DNA of 62,313 bases, filler included. It is 9 parts of 9 records of this genome, joined end to end, with 100 filler letters (N's around TTAATTAATTAA, not from the genome) between each part and the next. Parts side by side here need not be neighbours in the genome. Positions count along the whole stretch, not along the records: positions 18,133 to 23,376 come from SRR31156797_37142; positions 23,477 to 31,834 come from SRR31156797_37157; positions 31,935 to 37,776 come from SRR31156797_37193; 6 more parts are not named here. One strand, given 5' to 3'. The notes beneath the pieces are model-generated. The model made no database searches and was not told the DNA's origin. It saw only the letters and a list, made by a program, of their open reading frames with translations. Shown in pieces: positions 21,364-32,906 of the stretch (positions are counted from its first letter, which is position 1; each line of letters opens with the position of its first letter). The position numbers and the translations under genes were made by a program.

Positions 21364-21400
21364 AAGACCACGGGAATTTCCCGTGGTCTTATTGTTTTTT
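21364..21400 (+). terminator. Terminator-like inverted repeat after hrpB
   Basis: AAGACCACGGGAA-T-TTCCCGTGGTCTT followed by ATTGTTTTTT. Confidence 0.7.
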
Positions 21401-21455
21401 ACCGCAACGATCCCCCGGACGGGGATCTTTCAAATGAGGGAATACAGGAGATAAA

Positions 21456-21917
21456 ATGGTTGATTATACGATAAAACCCGGAATAGGCCTTGGCGATATC
21501 TGCTTCGGCGCCACCATGGAGGCGTGCAGGGATTATTTCGGCCAACCCGAAGAGGAGTTGAAAGAGGAGTTTGAAGGGGATGAGTATATCTCCTGGTATT
21601 ACGGGGAGGGTGACATCGCCCTGTGCTTTGAGGGAACCGAGGATTTCCGTCTCGGAACCATCATCATTTCCCGGGACGATGCCATCCTGGACAACGAGAA
21701 GGTCATGGGCAGGAGCCTTGACGAGATAAAGCAGTACCTCAAGAAAAACGCCTACTTTTACCTGGAAGAGGAGGATGAGCTCTCTCCATCCATGAAGCTC
21801 ATCACCGTGGGGGCCCTGGAGTGCTGCTTCATGTTCACGGATGACATCCTGGACGGGGTCCAGTGGAGCTATTTCTGGGAGGATGACGATACCCCCAAAT
21901 GGCCCTCCATCCAGTAG
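21456..21917 (+). CDS. Acidic hypothetical protein
   Basis: CAGGAG RBS; IKPGIGLGDICFG...FGQPEE start; D/E-rich. Confidence 0.75.
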   Translation: MVDYTIKPGIGLGDICFGATMEACRDYFGQPEEELKEEFEGDEYISWYYGEGDIALCFEGTEDFRLGTIIISRDDAILDNEKVMGRSLDEIKQYLKKNAYFYLEEEDELSPSMKLITVGALECCFMFTDDILDGVQWSYFWEDDDTPKWPSIQ

Positions 21918-21931
21918 GGCGGGTGCAATAA

Positions 21932-22825
21932 ATGGCAATCTCAGCCTCTGCGTCCACGGTAACTCTGCCCAGGGAGAATCCCCAAGGGTTTGCCGGCGTT
22001 CTTGATTTCCTGGACCACAGATTTCCCCGCATCGGCAGGGAGGTCTGGGCCGGGCGGATTCGCAAACACCTTGTCACCACCGAAGACGGCAGTCCCGTCA
22101 CCCTGGAGACCCCTTACCTTGCCGGGTCAAGGGTTCATTACTATCGAGAGGTTGAGATTGAGCCGGTGGTTCCGTTCCAGGAGACGATCCTCTTCCTGGA
22201 CGACCACCTCCTTGTGGCGTGCAAGCCCCATTTCCTGCCGGTGGTTCCCTCCGGCCCCTATGTGAACGAGACCCTGCTGAACCGACTGAAACAACAAACC
22301 GCCAATCCCGACCTTGTGCCGATCAACCGCATCGACCGTGAAACCGCGGGCCTTGTCCTCTTTTCCGTTCAGCCGGAAACCCGGGGGCGCTACCAGCGCC
22401 TTTTCATGGACCGGCGGGTCACCAAGACCTATGAGGCCGTGACCCAATGGCCCGGAACCGCCGGATCCGTTCCGGACCGCATGGAAAACCGCATTGTCAG
22501 GGGCGAGCCCTGGTTCCGGAACAGGATCGTTCCGGGCACGCCCAATGCCGTGACCCGGTTGCAGCTGTTGGAAACCCGGGGCAACAGGGCCCGGTTCCGG
22601 CTATTCCCCGAAACCGGTAAAAAGCACCAGCTTCGCCTTCACCTGAGTGCCCTGGGCTGTCCCATTGTCAACGACCGGTGCTATCCCGAGCTTCTTCCTA
22701 AACAGAAGGATGACTGGGATCGTCCCCTTCAGCTTCTTTCCAGGGAGGTGGCGTTTCTCGATCCCATTTCTGGGAAGGAGCGGGTGTTCTCCTCATCCCG
22801 TTCCCTTGCCCGGCAAATGGATTAA
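21932..22825 (+). CDS. RluA-family RNA pseudouridine synthase
   Basis: KPHFLPVVPSG, NRIDRETAGLVL (catalytic Asp), TGKKHQLRLH. Confidence 0.92.
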   Translation: MAISASASTVTLPRENPQGFAGVLDFLDHRFPRIGREVWAGRIRKHLVTTEDGSPVTLETPYLAGSRVHYYREVEIEPVVPFQETILFLDDHLLVACKPHFLPVVPSGPYVNETLLNRLKQQTANPDLVPINRIDRETAGLVLFSVQPETRGRYQRLFMDRRVTKTYEAVTQWPGTAGSVPDRMENRIVRGEPWFRNRIVPGTPNAVTRLQLLETRGNRARFRLFPETGKKHQLRLHLSALGCPIVNDRCYPELLPKQKDDWDRPLQLLSREVAFLDPISGKERVFSSSRSLARQMD

Positions 22826-23376
22826 ATACTCCTCTCTCCGGGTCGGCAACCGGCTCTTCCCTGGTCCCGGAAATCATTGAACCCGTCAAACCGAAGGTCC
22901 AGGTCGCATAGGCATGGACGAAAATGTAAATGACAATGACCATGGACGCAGCCATATGGATGAGCCGTGTGGCCGCGGCCGCTTTCCCGAAGGCCGGCAG
23001 GAGCGCATGGCATAGGCTGTTTATGGCATTGAAGCTTCCGGGAAAGAGGATCGCAAGACCCGTAAAAGCCATTACGGCCCACAAGGCAAACCACCCCCAC
23101 CATGCCAGGATTCCGGTGGGGATAATTTTTTCAACATATTGTTTCTTTTTCATGCCGTAGGCAACCGGGCTTTTCACCTTTTTTCCCTCAATGTAGCTTT
23201 TGGTTTCATGGACAAAGCAATCAACCGCATGGCTGATTCTTGAAAGGCCAAACCATTTATATTCCCCGCTCATGATAAAGTAATAAAGGAAGAAGGTGGT
23301 GGTGCTGATCCAGGCAAGCCCGGCCACGATATGCAGATTCCGGGAAGCGCCCCTGCTGATAAAAGCAAAATTGATG
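22698..23376 (-). CDS. Cytochrome b/b6 domain membrane subunit (FdnI/HyaC-like); 5'-partial
   Basis: RNLHIVAG and RLIHMAAS...FVHAY heme-ligand His pattern, TM helices, MISG near the end. Confidence 0.8.
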
Positions 23377-23476
23377 NNNNNNNNNNNNNNNNNNNNNNNN
23401 NNNNNNNNNNNNNNNNNNNNTTAATTAATTAANNNNNNNNNNNNNNNNNNNNNNNNNNNNNNNNNNNNNNNNNNNN
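23377..23476. other. Artificial contig linker
   Basis: N44-TTAATTAATTAA-N44. Confidence 0.99.
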
Positions 23477-25059
23477 ATAATTCAGCAAAGATGTTAACAA
23501 CCGGTTCAGTTGCGGGTTATGAATTGCCCCAAGGTCAATATACCTTTATTTTTCAAAAAGAAGGATATAAAACACATACTGAAATATTAACCATTAATAG
23601 CCTTATTCAAAAAAATATTGTTCTTGAAAAAGGAATGTCTGACTTTGAGGAAAGTCTTCCCGGTTTTGTTGTAATTAAATCTGAACCAAAAGGAGCTGAA
23701 ATATACCTAAATGATAAATCTATAGGTGTCACGACTTATCAGGGTGAGTTATATGAAGGAAATTATGATCTAAGAATTAGTAAAGAGTTTTATCATGATG
23801 AGATTTTACGATTTAGTATCAAGCCGAAAATAACCACAGAAACTCCGGTGGTATACTTAAAACAAAATTATGCCTTACTAAGTATTAATTCAGAACCGGA
23901 AAATGCTCAGGTATATCTTAATGAGCTATTAATTGGAATAACTCCTATTAGGGACTATCAAGCAAAGTCGGGATTATATAAATTGACCGTAAAAAAAGAG
24001 CTATTCCTTGATTATACAGAAGATATTGAAATTCAAGATAAAATTGATCTTAAAAGAAATAATATCAGACTAAGTAAAAACTTTGGTTCATTTATATTGG
24101 ATTGTAAAAATGTAAGCAATGTAAATGTTTATTTAGACAATAATTATATTGACCAAACCCCCTTAAGGGTTGATACTCTCAAATGCGGTGAGTATGAATT
24201 GAAAGTAAAAAAAGAACTATACAAGGATTTTATAGAAAGAATAGAAATATATCCTCGCGAAAATAAAAAAGACATGATATTATTGAAAAATCACGGTGTA
24301 TTAGAGGTCAATGCTCCCGAATGTGATATATATCTTAATAACGAAATTATTGGTAAAAACCAGCTGACAAAAGCACTTCTACCGGGTGAATATAAACTGA
24401 AAGCCATAATGGATGATGTCCATTATCCTGTTGAAGAGAAAGTATACATCGGAATAGGAGAAACAAAACATTTTAATCCTAAACCCGAATATATTCAGGG
24501 GTCTGTGTCTATCGTTGCAAATCCGGCAGAGGCAGCCGGTGCTGAGATCTATGTCAATAAGGTACTCCAAGACACTAAAACACCTACAATACTTACTCTG
24601 CCTATCGGAACATACATGATCACACTTAAACATCCCGATTATTTAGATAATACTCGTGGCCCTATTCATATCAACGAGAACGAATATATTCAAGAACAAT
24701 TTGACATGAAAACCTATAAGGGCTCTTTGAAAGAAAAAGAAAACTTCTGGAAAAAACAAAAATGGTTAGCATTGGGAGGAACAGTTTTGGTGGGAGGCCT
24801 TGGTGGGGTCGGAGGCCATTATATGGGTTATAAAAAGCACGATGAATATGAATTAGCAACAAATTATGATGATGTTATACGTTTAAGAAAAGAATCTGAA
24901 GCTTTTTTTCTAACAAGAGATATTTCTTATGGTGTCTCAATATCATCACTGATATATACCGGTATTGCTTGGATACAAGAACTACGGTATAAAGAATATC
25001 AAAAAGATGGAGTCGGTTTTTTGGAAAAAGTATTTGGGTCATATTTACCAAAAAAATAA
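23477..25059 (+). CDS. PEGA-repeat protein with C-terminal hydrophobic segments; probably 5'-partial
   Basis: Repeated IxSEPxxAxxYLN...IGxTP...GxYxLxxxKExY units. Confidence 0.88.
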
Positions 25060-25068
25060 CAAATTATT

Positions 25069-27060
25069 ATGAAGAAAATAAGCTTATTCATTATTTTAAC
25101 TTTTCTATTGTTTGTTGCCTGCGATCGCCCTGCATCAAATTTAAATCCATTTGATCCTGAAAGTGATCTTCAAGCAGACATGTGGGGTCCTGATAGCTTG
25201 TCTGCAGAATATATATCAGATTCAAAACTATTGTTAAGATGGACTCAGAGCAAACTTATTATTGATGGGTTTGATATCTCACGCTCTGAAGGAGACGGTG
25301 CCTATCATTTTCTTGTACATGCAGATACATTTGCAAGAGAATACCTTGACACAGCTCTAAGCATAAATGCAATTTATTCATATGCTATTGTTGCCACTGC
25401 AGGAGATAATAGATCGTCGGCAGATAGCACTCTGGATCACCAAACAAACTTTCCGATTGTTGAAGATCTTCGTATTCAAACAGTCAATGATACTGCGGTG
25501 ATCATAACTTGGAGCCATAATTATCTTGACGAGGGAGAATATGTAGTGGAAAGGAGGGTTAATGAAGAAGACTTTGTTGAGATAGGCAGAACAAATAAGG
25601 ATCAATTATTTTTTTCAGATCAAGTACCCTCTGTCGGCACATGTATTTATAGGGTTTATGCTGAATCTCCTTATAATCGCACGGCGTTTTCAAATGAGAT
25701 TAATATTTTTTCACAACCAAGTTTAATTACATCAATGATCAATGATCATAGCATATCATTGAATTGGGATAATGAAGATAGTTATGATTATAACTATTTT
25801 ATCGAACGTAAACATGATGATAGCGATTTTTCTGTTATTGATAGCGTATTAGCCGGAACTTACAATTATACAGATAGCGGATTAACTGTAAATATAACTT
25901 ATACATATAGAGTGATCGCATATGATAAATATCATCGATCAGAAGCATCGAATAGTGTAGATCAAACAACTGAAATATTATCCCCGACAATGATAACATC
26001 TGTACCTGTAGATGACCAAAGCATTGAGCTTTCCTGGCAACATGATTGCAGTTATGAAAAGGGATACAGGATAGAAAGAAGAGTAGGTACGGACAGTTAC
26101 CAGGAAATTGATACAACATCAGCAAATGAATTGGCATATACAGATACCGGTTTAACGATCAACACGGATTACAAATACAAGGTATGTGCTTACACTGATT
26201 ATAATACATCTGATTATTCTGAAGTTGTGCTTATCCGAACGACATTTCCCGAGCCAAATAATTTAATGGCAGAAGTTTATAATGAAGAATCAATTTTACT
26301 ATCCTGGGCTCATTCATGTGATTTTGAAGAAGGTTATATTATTGAAAGAGAAGAAAGCAGTGGAAACTATCTTGCAATTGGCCATACTGAAGAAAATGTA
26401 TTTTCATTCATTGAAGATGATCTCATTTATGGAGAGACATATACTTACAGAGTAAATGCATATACTAGCCATAATTATTCGGCATATTCAAATTCGGAAA
26501 TAGTTGAACTTAAAATGAATACTCCTGATTTATATGCTGTGCTAATTGATGGACAAACGATTGAATTAGATTGGGAACACGAATGTAATTTTGAAAATGG
26601 ATATCTAATTCAACGTTCAACAAGATTCAGTGAATTTAGTGATCTAATTGAAGTTGGATCCAATATCTTCACTTATACAGATAATTACCTCAATGGAGCA
26701 GAGACATATATATATCGTATTGTTTCGTTTGTAGACAATGATTCATCTGCCTTTTCAAATTCGGTCAGTCAAACAACCGAACTTAAAAAACCAACAGATC
26801 TTATAGCAAGTGTTATCAATGATACTGATATTGAATTAACATGGTTAAATGATTTCAATAATGAAGATGGCTTTCGTATTGAAAGAAAAAATGCCGGAGG
26901 AACTTACTCTGAGATTGGGGTCACATCGGCAGATTCATTATCTTATACAGATCCGGATCTGGTAGAAGGAACATATTATTACAGAGTGTATGCATATAAG
27001 GGGATGAGATTATCGGATTATTCAAATGAAATATCTATTAGCATAGATTTAGGAGACTGA
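25069..27060 (+). CDS. Fibronectin type III repeat lipoprotein
   Basis: Lipobox FVAC, then about 7 FN3 units (IxLxW...ExGYxIER...YTD...YxYRVxAY...SxxSN). Confidence 0.88.
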   Translation: MKKISLFIILTFLLFVACDRPASNLNPFDPESDLQADMWGPDSLSAEYISDSKLLLRWTQSKLIIDGFDISRSEGDGAYHFLVHADTFAREYLDTALSINAIYSYAIVATAGDNRSSADSTLDHQTNFPIVEDLRIQTVNDTAVIITWSHNYLDEGEYVVERRVNEEDFVEIGRTNKDQLFFSDQVPSVGTCIYRVYAESPYNRTAFSNEINIFSQPSLITSMINDHSISLNWDNEDSYDYNYFIERKHDDSDFSVIDSVLAGTYNYTDSGLTVNITYTYRVIAYDKYHRSEASNSVDQTTEILSPTMITSVPVDDQSIELSWQHDCSYEKGYRIERRVGTDSYQEIDTTSANELAYTDTGLTINTDYKYKVCAYTDYNTSDYSEVVLIRTTFPEPNNLMAEVYNEESILLSWAHSCDFEEGYIIEREESSGNYLAIGHTEENVFSFIEDDLIYGETYTYRVNAYTSHNYSAYSNSEIVELKMNTPDLYAVLIDGQTIELDWEHECNFENGYLIQRSTRFSEFSDLIEVGSNIFTYTDNYLNGAETYIYRIVSFVDNDSSAFSNSVSQTTELKKPTDLIASVINDTDIELTWLNDFNNEDGFRIERKNAGGTYSEIGVTSADSLSYTDPDLVEGTYYYRVYAYKGMRLSDYSNEISISIDLGD

Positions 27061-27129
27061 TATTATTATCAATGGATGATATATGCAAACAAAACCAAAG
27101 GAAATCAAAGTTATAATAAAAGGCGAAAA

Positions 27130-30100
27130 ATGAATACTTTGAGATTGAAAATATTAATATTTGCCGCCCTTTTTTCATTGGTCTTTGCTCAAAACTATTG
27201 TGTAGAATTTGATCCTGCTGATGCAGTAGATGGTCAAATGGATGATTATATTAAACTTGATGATCTGGTCTCAAATTCTACATTTAATAGTTCTAATCTC
27301 AGTACTGCCTTTACATTCGAGTGTTTTATAAAACCCCAATCTTATCATCTATCCTATAGAGAAGATTCATTTATTCTATGGGGATTAGTTGATAGAATGG
27401 TGATCGATGCTGATGGACATGTAGCATGCCGAGTTAGAAATATCGAAGGGAATTATACAACATTAGTCAGTAATGATGTTTTGTTATTAGATGAATGGAG
27501 TCATATAGCCCTGACTTACTATGACGGTAACATTACAATATATATTAATGGAGAAAACCAGGGTTCAGCCGATATCAATTCATCTTATAGTGAGATCAGC
27601 TTAATCTATCAGGATGGTAACAACGGTATTTCAATTGGAATTGGCTATATGGCAAACGGATGGTGGTCACCATTTGATGGTTATATAGAAGAAATACGAT
27701 TAAGTAATACTCTGAGATATACCTCAAATTTTACTGTTCCCATAAATGAATTTGTATCAGATGATTCAACAGTATTCCTTTATCACATGAATGATATTGT
27801 AAATAATAAAATAATTAACAACTCTTCTTACGGTTCCCAATACGATGCAGACATCTATGAATGTCAGTTGGTAGAAGATTCTCCCATCTATCAAATGCCT
27901 GGTAATGGAAGTATAAATGATCCTTATGAAGTATCATCATTGAATGATCTGATATGGATTGCTGAAAATAATTCGCTTTGGAATAATCATTTTATTCAAA
28001 CAGCCGATATTGATGCCAGTGGAACTTTAACGCTTAATCAAGATAGTTTAGGTGTATATCGTGGATGGCTTCCGATAGGGAATGAGATCAATCCTTTTAC
28101 AGGATCTTATGATGGTAATGATCATACAATTGATAATCTATACATCAATAGAGATTCTACACGCTACATTGGATTATTTGGTTATACAAATAAGTCTGTG
28201 ATTGAAAACCTAGGTTTGGAAAATTTAGATATTACAGGCTGGCAAGAAGTTGGTAGTCTTGTGGGATATGCATTGGATACTACTCATATAGTAAATTGTT
28301 ATTCAAGAGGAACAATTTGTGGTTACAGACTTGTGGGAGGTTTGATCGGATATGCCGGTGGAATTGGTGATTTTATAAGTAATTGTAACAGTAGTTGCGA
28401 AATTACATGTCTTAGTGAACATGCAGGTGGTCTAATTGGGGCAACTAGATTTGCGGACGTTAGTAATTCATTTTCAACTGGTAACATAAATGGTGATACT
28501 TATGTTGGCGGATTTATTGGTATGAATTATCGAGAATCAACGATAGATCAATGTTATAGTACAGGAACTGTTAATGGAATAACTGATGTTGGTGGTTTTG
28601 CAGGATTAAATAGACGATCAGCAAATATCACTAATTCTTATTCTACCGGTAATGTTATAGGGAATTATATGGTTGGGGGTTTTGTAGGATTACTTGATCA
28701 AGCTTCAACAATATCTGAATGTTATAGTGATGCTAGTGTAAATGGAGATAGTCATAATGTTGGAGGATTTGTAGGATATAGTACCGGATCTTCAATAATT
28801 AATAGATGCTATAGTGAGGGAGCAGTTTATGGTAAAGGCGAAAATATAGGTGGGCTTGTTGGCCATAATATAAATGCTGCAAACATATATAATTGCTATA
28901 GTAATTGTAATGTTACTGGTGAGAGTCCAAACGTTGGCGGCTTGGTCGGTAGAAACGTTTATTCTACAATAATTGATAAATGCTATAGCAGAGGTAGTGT
29001 AACTGGCACATCAAACGTTGGAGGGCTTGTTGGAGAGAATTTATCAACCGTAACCAATAGCTTCTGGGATACTCAAACTTCAGGTTTAAGTACATCTTCC
29101 GGGGGTGTTGGCAAAACTACAAATGAAATGATGGCACCAACAACTTTTATTAATAGCGGTTGGAACTTCTCAAGCACCTGGAATATGGATTCAAAGATCA
29201 ATAATGGATATCCATATTTAACATGGGCATTTGATGCCGAAGAATATTGGGCAGATCATATTATTGCATCATATGATTTCAGTGGTAATGCAAATGACGG
29301 AAGTGGGAATGGACATCATGGGACTGAGTTGGGGGGAGTCACACTGACCGAAGATCGATTTGGAAACGCAAATTCCGCTTATACTTTTGATGGTGTTGAT
29401 GATATGATAGAAATCCCCAATTTTCCTGAACAGTATTGGGTTTCTATGCAAAAATCATTTTCAATCTCAGTTTGGTGTAATGTTAGAGGAGGTTTAGATG
29501 ATGGGCAAAATAATTATATTATTGGAAAAGGTTGGGGAGGTCCATCACACTATGCAATTGCAATTTCTCTAGATTCAGTTGTTTGGGCAGGTTTACCCAA
29601 TGTCGCATATAAATTAAACTCAGTAGAAAAAGTAATTTTTAATTCATGGTATCATATTGTATTCAACTATGATTGGGATATGCAAATCGCAAAAATATAT
29701 TTAAATAATGAATTAGTTGCTGATACTATTTTCGAAAGAACATTATTAAATCCTATTACTAATGAAACAATGAAAATTGGACGAACATCAAAAACAGCTA
29801 CAAGCACATATAGATATTTTAATGGCAACATTGATGATGTTGTTTTATTTAATGAAGCAATTTCAACAGAACAGATAGATTCTTTATATCGTATCGGTGA
29901 ATGGGGTGAATATCCTGAGCATATTATAACGGATAATTTTGATGGTGCAAACAGAATTGATGCGACTGATATTGATAATGACGGTGATATTGATATTATT
30001 GGGAGCGCATTTGACGCAGACGATATTTGCCTATGGGAGAATAATGGTGATGAAACTTATACCCAAAAATATGTCTCTAGCTATTTCAATGGTGTTTATT

Positions 30101-31834
30101 CCTTTAAGATCAGGGATATCGATAAAGATGGGTATAATGATATTGCAGCAGTGGCTTTACTCGCTAATACAGTTTCCTGGTTTAAAAACAATGGTGATAA
30201 TACATTCACGGAGAATGTTATAAGCTCTAGCTTTATGGCTCCTCGATCTGTGGATGTATCTGATATAAATGGAGACGGTCACATGGATATTATAGCTGCA
30301 TGTGATGCCGGAGATGAAGTTGCATGGTGGGAGAATAACGGAAGTGAAGTATTTACAAAGCATGTGATCGAATCATACTATCCAGGTGTTTCAGTCTGCA
30401 CGGGTGATATTAACAGAGATGGTAGAATGGATGTGATCGCATCCTCATTTGAATACGGTGCAATTAGCTGGTATGAGAATTTAGGTAATAATAATTGGAC
30501 ATTACATAGATTTCCTGGTATAGGAATTTGGGAAAATGAATATCCCAGTTCTTGGTTTATTTACCCATCAGACCAGGATAATGACGGGGACATTGATATT
30601 CTCAGTACGTCTTATAATAACGATGATATATCGCTTTGGGTCAATGATGGAACGGGTATATTTGAAAGACAGATAATTACAGATAATTTTGATGGCGCCT
30701 GGTCAGTCAATGCTTCAGATATAGATGGAGATGGAGATTCCGATATAATCAGTGCAGGTAGTAATGCCGATCAGATCAACTGGTGGGAAAATAATGGTGA
30801 CAATACATATATAGAGCATATTGTAATAAGAGATTATACAAAAGCCAAAAATGCGAAAGGCTGCGATATTGATCAAGATGGGGATATTGATTTTCTATGT
30901 GCAGCTTATACTGCTGATAAGATCTCCTGGTTTGAAAACGAAGGCACACCATCAGCGGCAGCTACACTTACAGACGGAAGTGACTTTAATCCTGACCCGA
31001 TTGCAGGAGGACAGGATCAAGTTATCGGAAGATTCTCATTAAGCTCTTCAGAAACATTCAGTCTAATTTCAACTGATATAAAATTAAATGGCATAAGAAG
31101 TGGTCTTTCAGATTTCCGCTTATGGCAAAGCGGCGACAGTACATTTAATGCCCTAACAGATATTCAACTAGGCAATATGGTGGCATTTGATCCGGGTGAT
31201 AGCGGTATTGTTCATTTTGACAATTTTGTTAGTCCAATTTCTACAATGGGTTCCTATTATTTTTTAACGTGTGATATTGACTCGTCAGTATCAGGTGCCA
31301 TACAAAGTATAATTCAAGATAATAATGCTTTGGGATTTTCCGGGGGAATCATTTCTGGGACAGTTGATAATGTGTCATTATCTCATGGAAACATATACCT
31401 ATATTATGATACACCAGTCGTAAGTACAGCTCCAGTGATAGATATTACTTCAACTTCAGCAAAAAGTGGTGGAAACGTAACAGAATGGGGATCCACCGTA
31501 ACGGCCAGGGGAGTTTGTTGGAGTACATCGGAAAACCCGACAATCTTTAATTCCTTTACAAGTGATAGTTTAGCTGGAAATGAATATATATCATCGATGA
31601 CAGACTTAACACGCAATACGACATATTATGTAAGAGCCTATGCAACAAATGCTCTGGGAACGGGATATGGTGAGAGCGTTTCCTTTAAAACGTCTTCCTT
31701 CGTTGAGCATAAAATTGCAAATAATTTTAATGATGCCAGATCAGTTTCAGCTATGGATATTGATGGCGATGGTGATATAGATATTTTAGGTGCTGCTAAA
31801 GATGCCGATGATATTACCTGGTGGGAAAATGATG
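27130..31834 (+). CDS. Large secreted mosaic protein: LamG-like, GLUG repeats, second LamG-like, FG-GAP/VCBS repeats, FN3-like; 3'-partial
   Basis: WSHIALTY...FDGYIEEIR; VGGLVG repeats; DRFGNANSAYTFDG; DIDxDGDxDI...WWENNG repeats; YYVRAYATNALGTGYG. Confidence 0.88.
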
Positions 31835-31934
31835 NNNNNNNNNNNNNNNNNNNNNNNNNNNNNNNNNNNNNNNNNNNNTTAATTAATTAANNNNNNNNNN
31901 NNNNNNNNNNNNNNNNNNNNNNNNNNNNNNNNNN
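31835..31934. other. Artificial contig linker
   Basis: N44-TTAATTAATTAA-N44. Confidence 0.99.
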
Positions 31935-31986
31935 CCAGAAGAATGGGGTAACGAATGCCCAAGGCCCGGCAGATCGGATTACTCAT
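31935..31986 (-). CDS. N-terminus of a nitronate monooxygenase/FabK-like flavoprotein; truncated
   Basis: GGAGGG RBS, then MSNPICRALGIRYPILL. Confidence 0.6.
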
Positions 31987-32037
31987 GGTCAGCCCTCCAT
32001 TTTCCGTTTATTCATTGGATGTCGTCCGCGCCGTTGT

Positions 32038-32793
32038 CTAGCTGACGAAGGAGAATCCGCCCGACGAACTCAAGGTCTGGCCGGTAATCCAGGTCACATA
32101 GTCCGAAGACATAAGCAGCAATGCATTGGCCGCATCGTCTGTTTCACCCAGGCGTTTCATGGCGTAAGCCTTGGCCATCTTGTCCTCTCCGCCCGGCATG
32201 CCGTCCAACAGCATCTGTATGTTTTCAGTTTTGGTAGTCCCCAGGGAAACGCAATTGACCATAATGTTGTATCGGCCTACTTCCCGCGCCAAGGCCTTGG
32301 TGAAACCGATCACACCGGCCTTGGCCGCAGAATACACCGAAAGCCTCGGCTCGCCGACACGCCCCGAGTCTGAAACCGTATTGACGATCTTGCCGGCCTT
32401 CTTTTCGATGAAGTGGGGCAGTATGGCCTTGCAGCCGTTGAGTACGGCGTAGAGGTTGACGCCGATGTCGAATTCCCAGTCTTCTTTTGTCAACTCGGTA
32501 AAGAAATTTAAGGTCCTGGCCGTACCGGCGTTGTTAATCCAGACGTCGACGCCGCCAAATGTCTCCACGGCTTTCTGTGCCATGGCACGCACTGCCTCGG
32601 TGTCGGTCACGTCAGCCGCGAATGACGCCACCTCGCCCATGGCCTGCAGTTCCTGTTCGGCCTGCTGGAGTACATCCTCTTTCAGGTCGTTGATCATCAC
32701 ACGGGCTCCGTGTTCCAGGAATTTTTGGGCTGCTTTTTTACCCACACCAGCCCCGGCCCCGGTGATGACCACGCTTTTATTCGTAAAGTCCAT
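32038..32793 (-). CDS. SDR oxidoreductase (FabG/BadH-like)
   Basis: TGAGAGVG, INNAG, SDSGRVG, YSAAK. Confidence 0.93.
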   Translation of the reverse strand: MDFTNKSVVITGAGAGVGKKAAQKFLEHGARVMINDLKEDVLQQAEQELQAMGEVASFAADVTDTEAVRAMAQKAVETFGGVDVWINNAGTARTLNFFTELTKEDWEFDIGVNLYAVLNGCKAILPHFIEKKAGKIVNTVSDSGRVGEPRLSVYSAAKAGVIGFTKALAREVGRYNIMVNCVSLGTTKTENIQMLLDGMPGGEDKMAKAYAMKRLGETDDAANALLLMSSDYVTWITGQTLSSSGGFSFVS

Positions 32794-32906
32794 TTCCAGT
32801 CTCCTCTATAAGGTGTTTATAGTTAGTGCCCGTCCCCTCAAAGCAGATGGTGATATACTGAAGTTCCGAAAACAATCAGCGATTATTGCCGCAAAACGCC
32901 ATGTCA

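Noticed and set aside
22698-22825. 128-nt convergent overlap of the cytochrome b and pseudouridine synthase genes
   Set aside because: The tail looks like non-conserved read-through; a 1-nt indel would end the gene at TTAA 22822-22825. No sign of function.
23477-31834. Possible DGR target or CRISPR-like repeats in the AT-rich contig
   Set aside because: The repeats are protein-level (PEGA, FN3, GLUG, FG-GAP); no reverse transcriptase, TR/VR pair or spacer array is visible.
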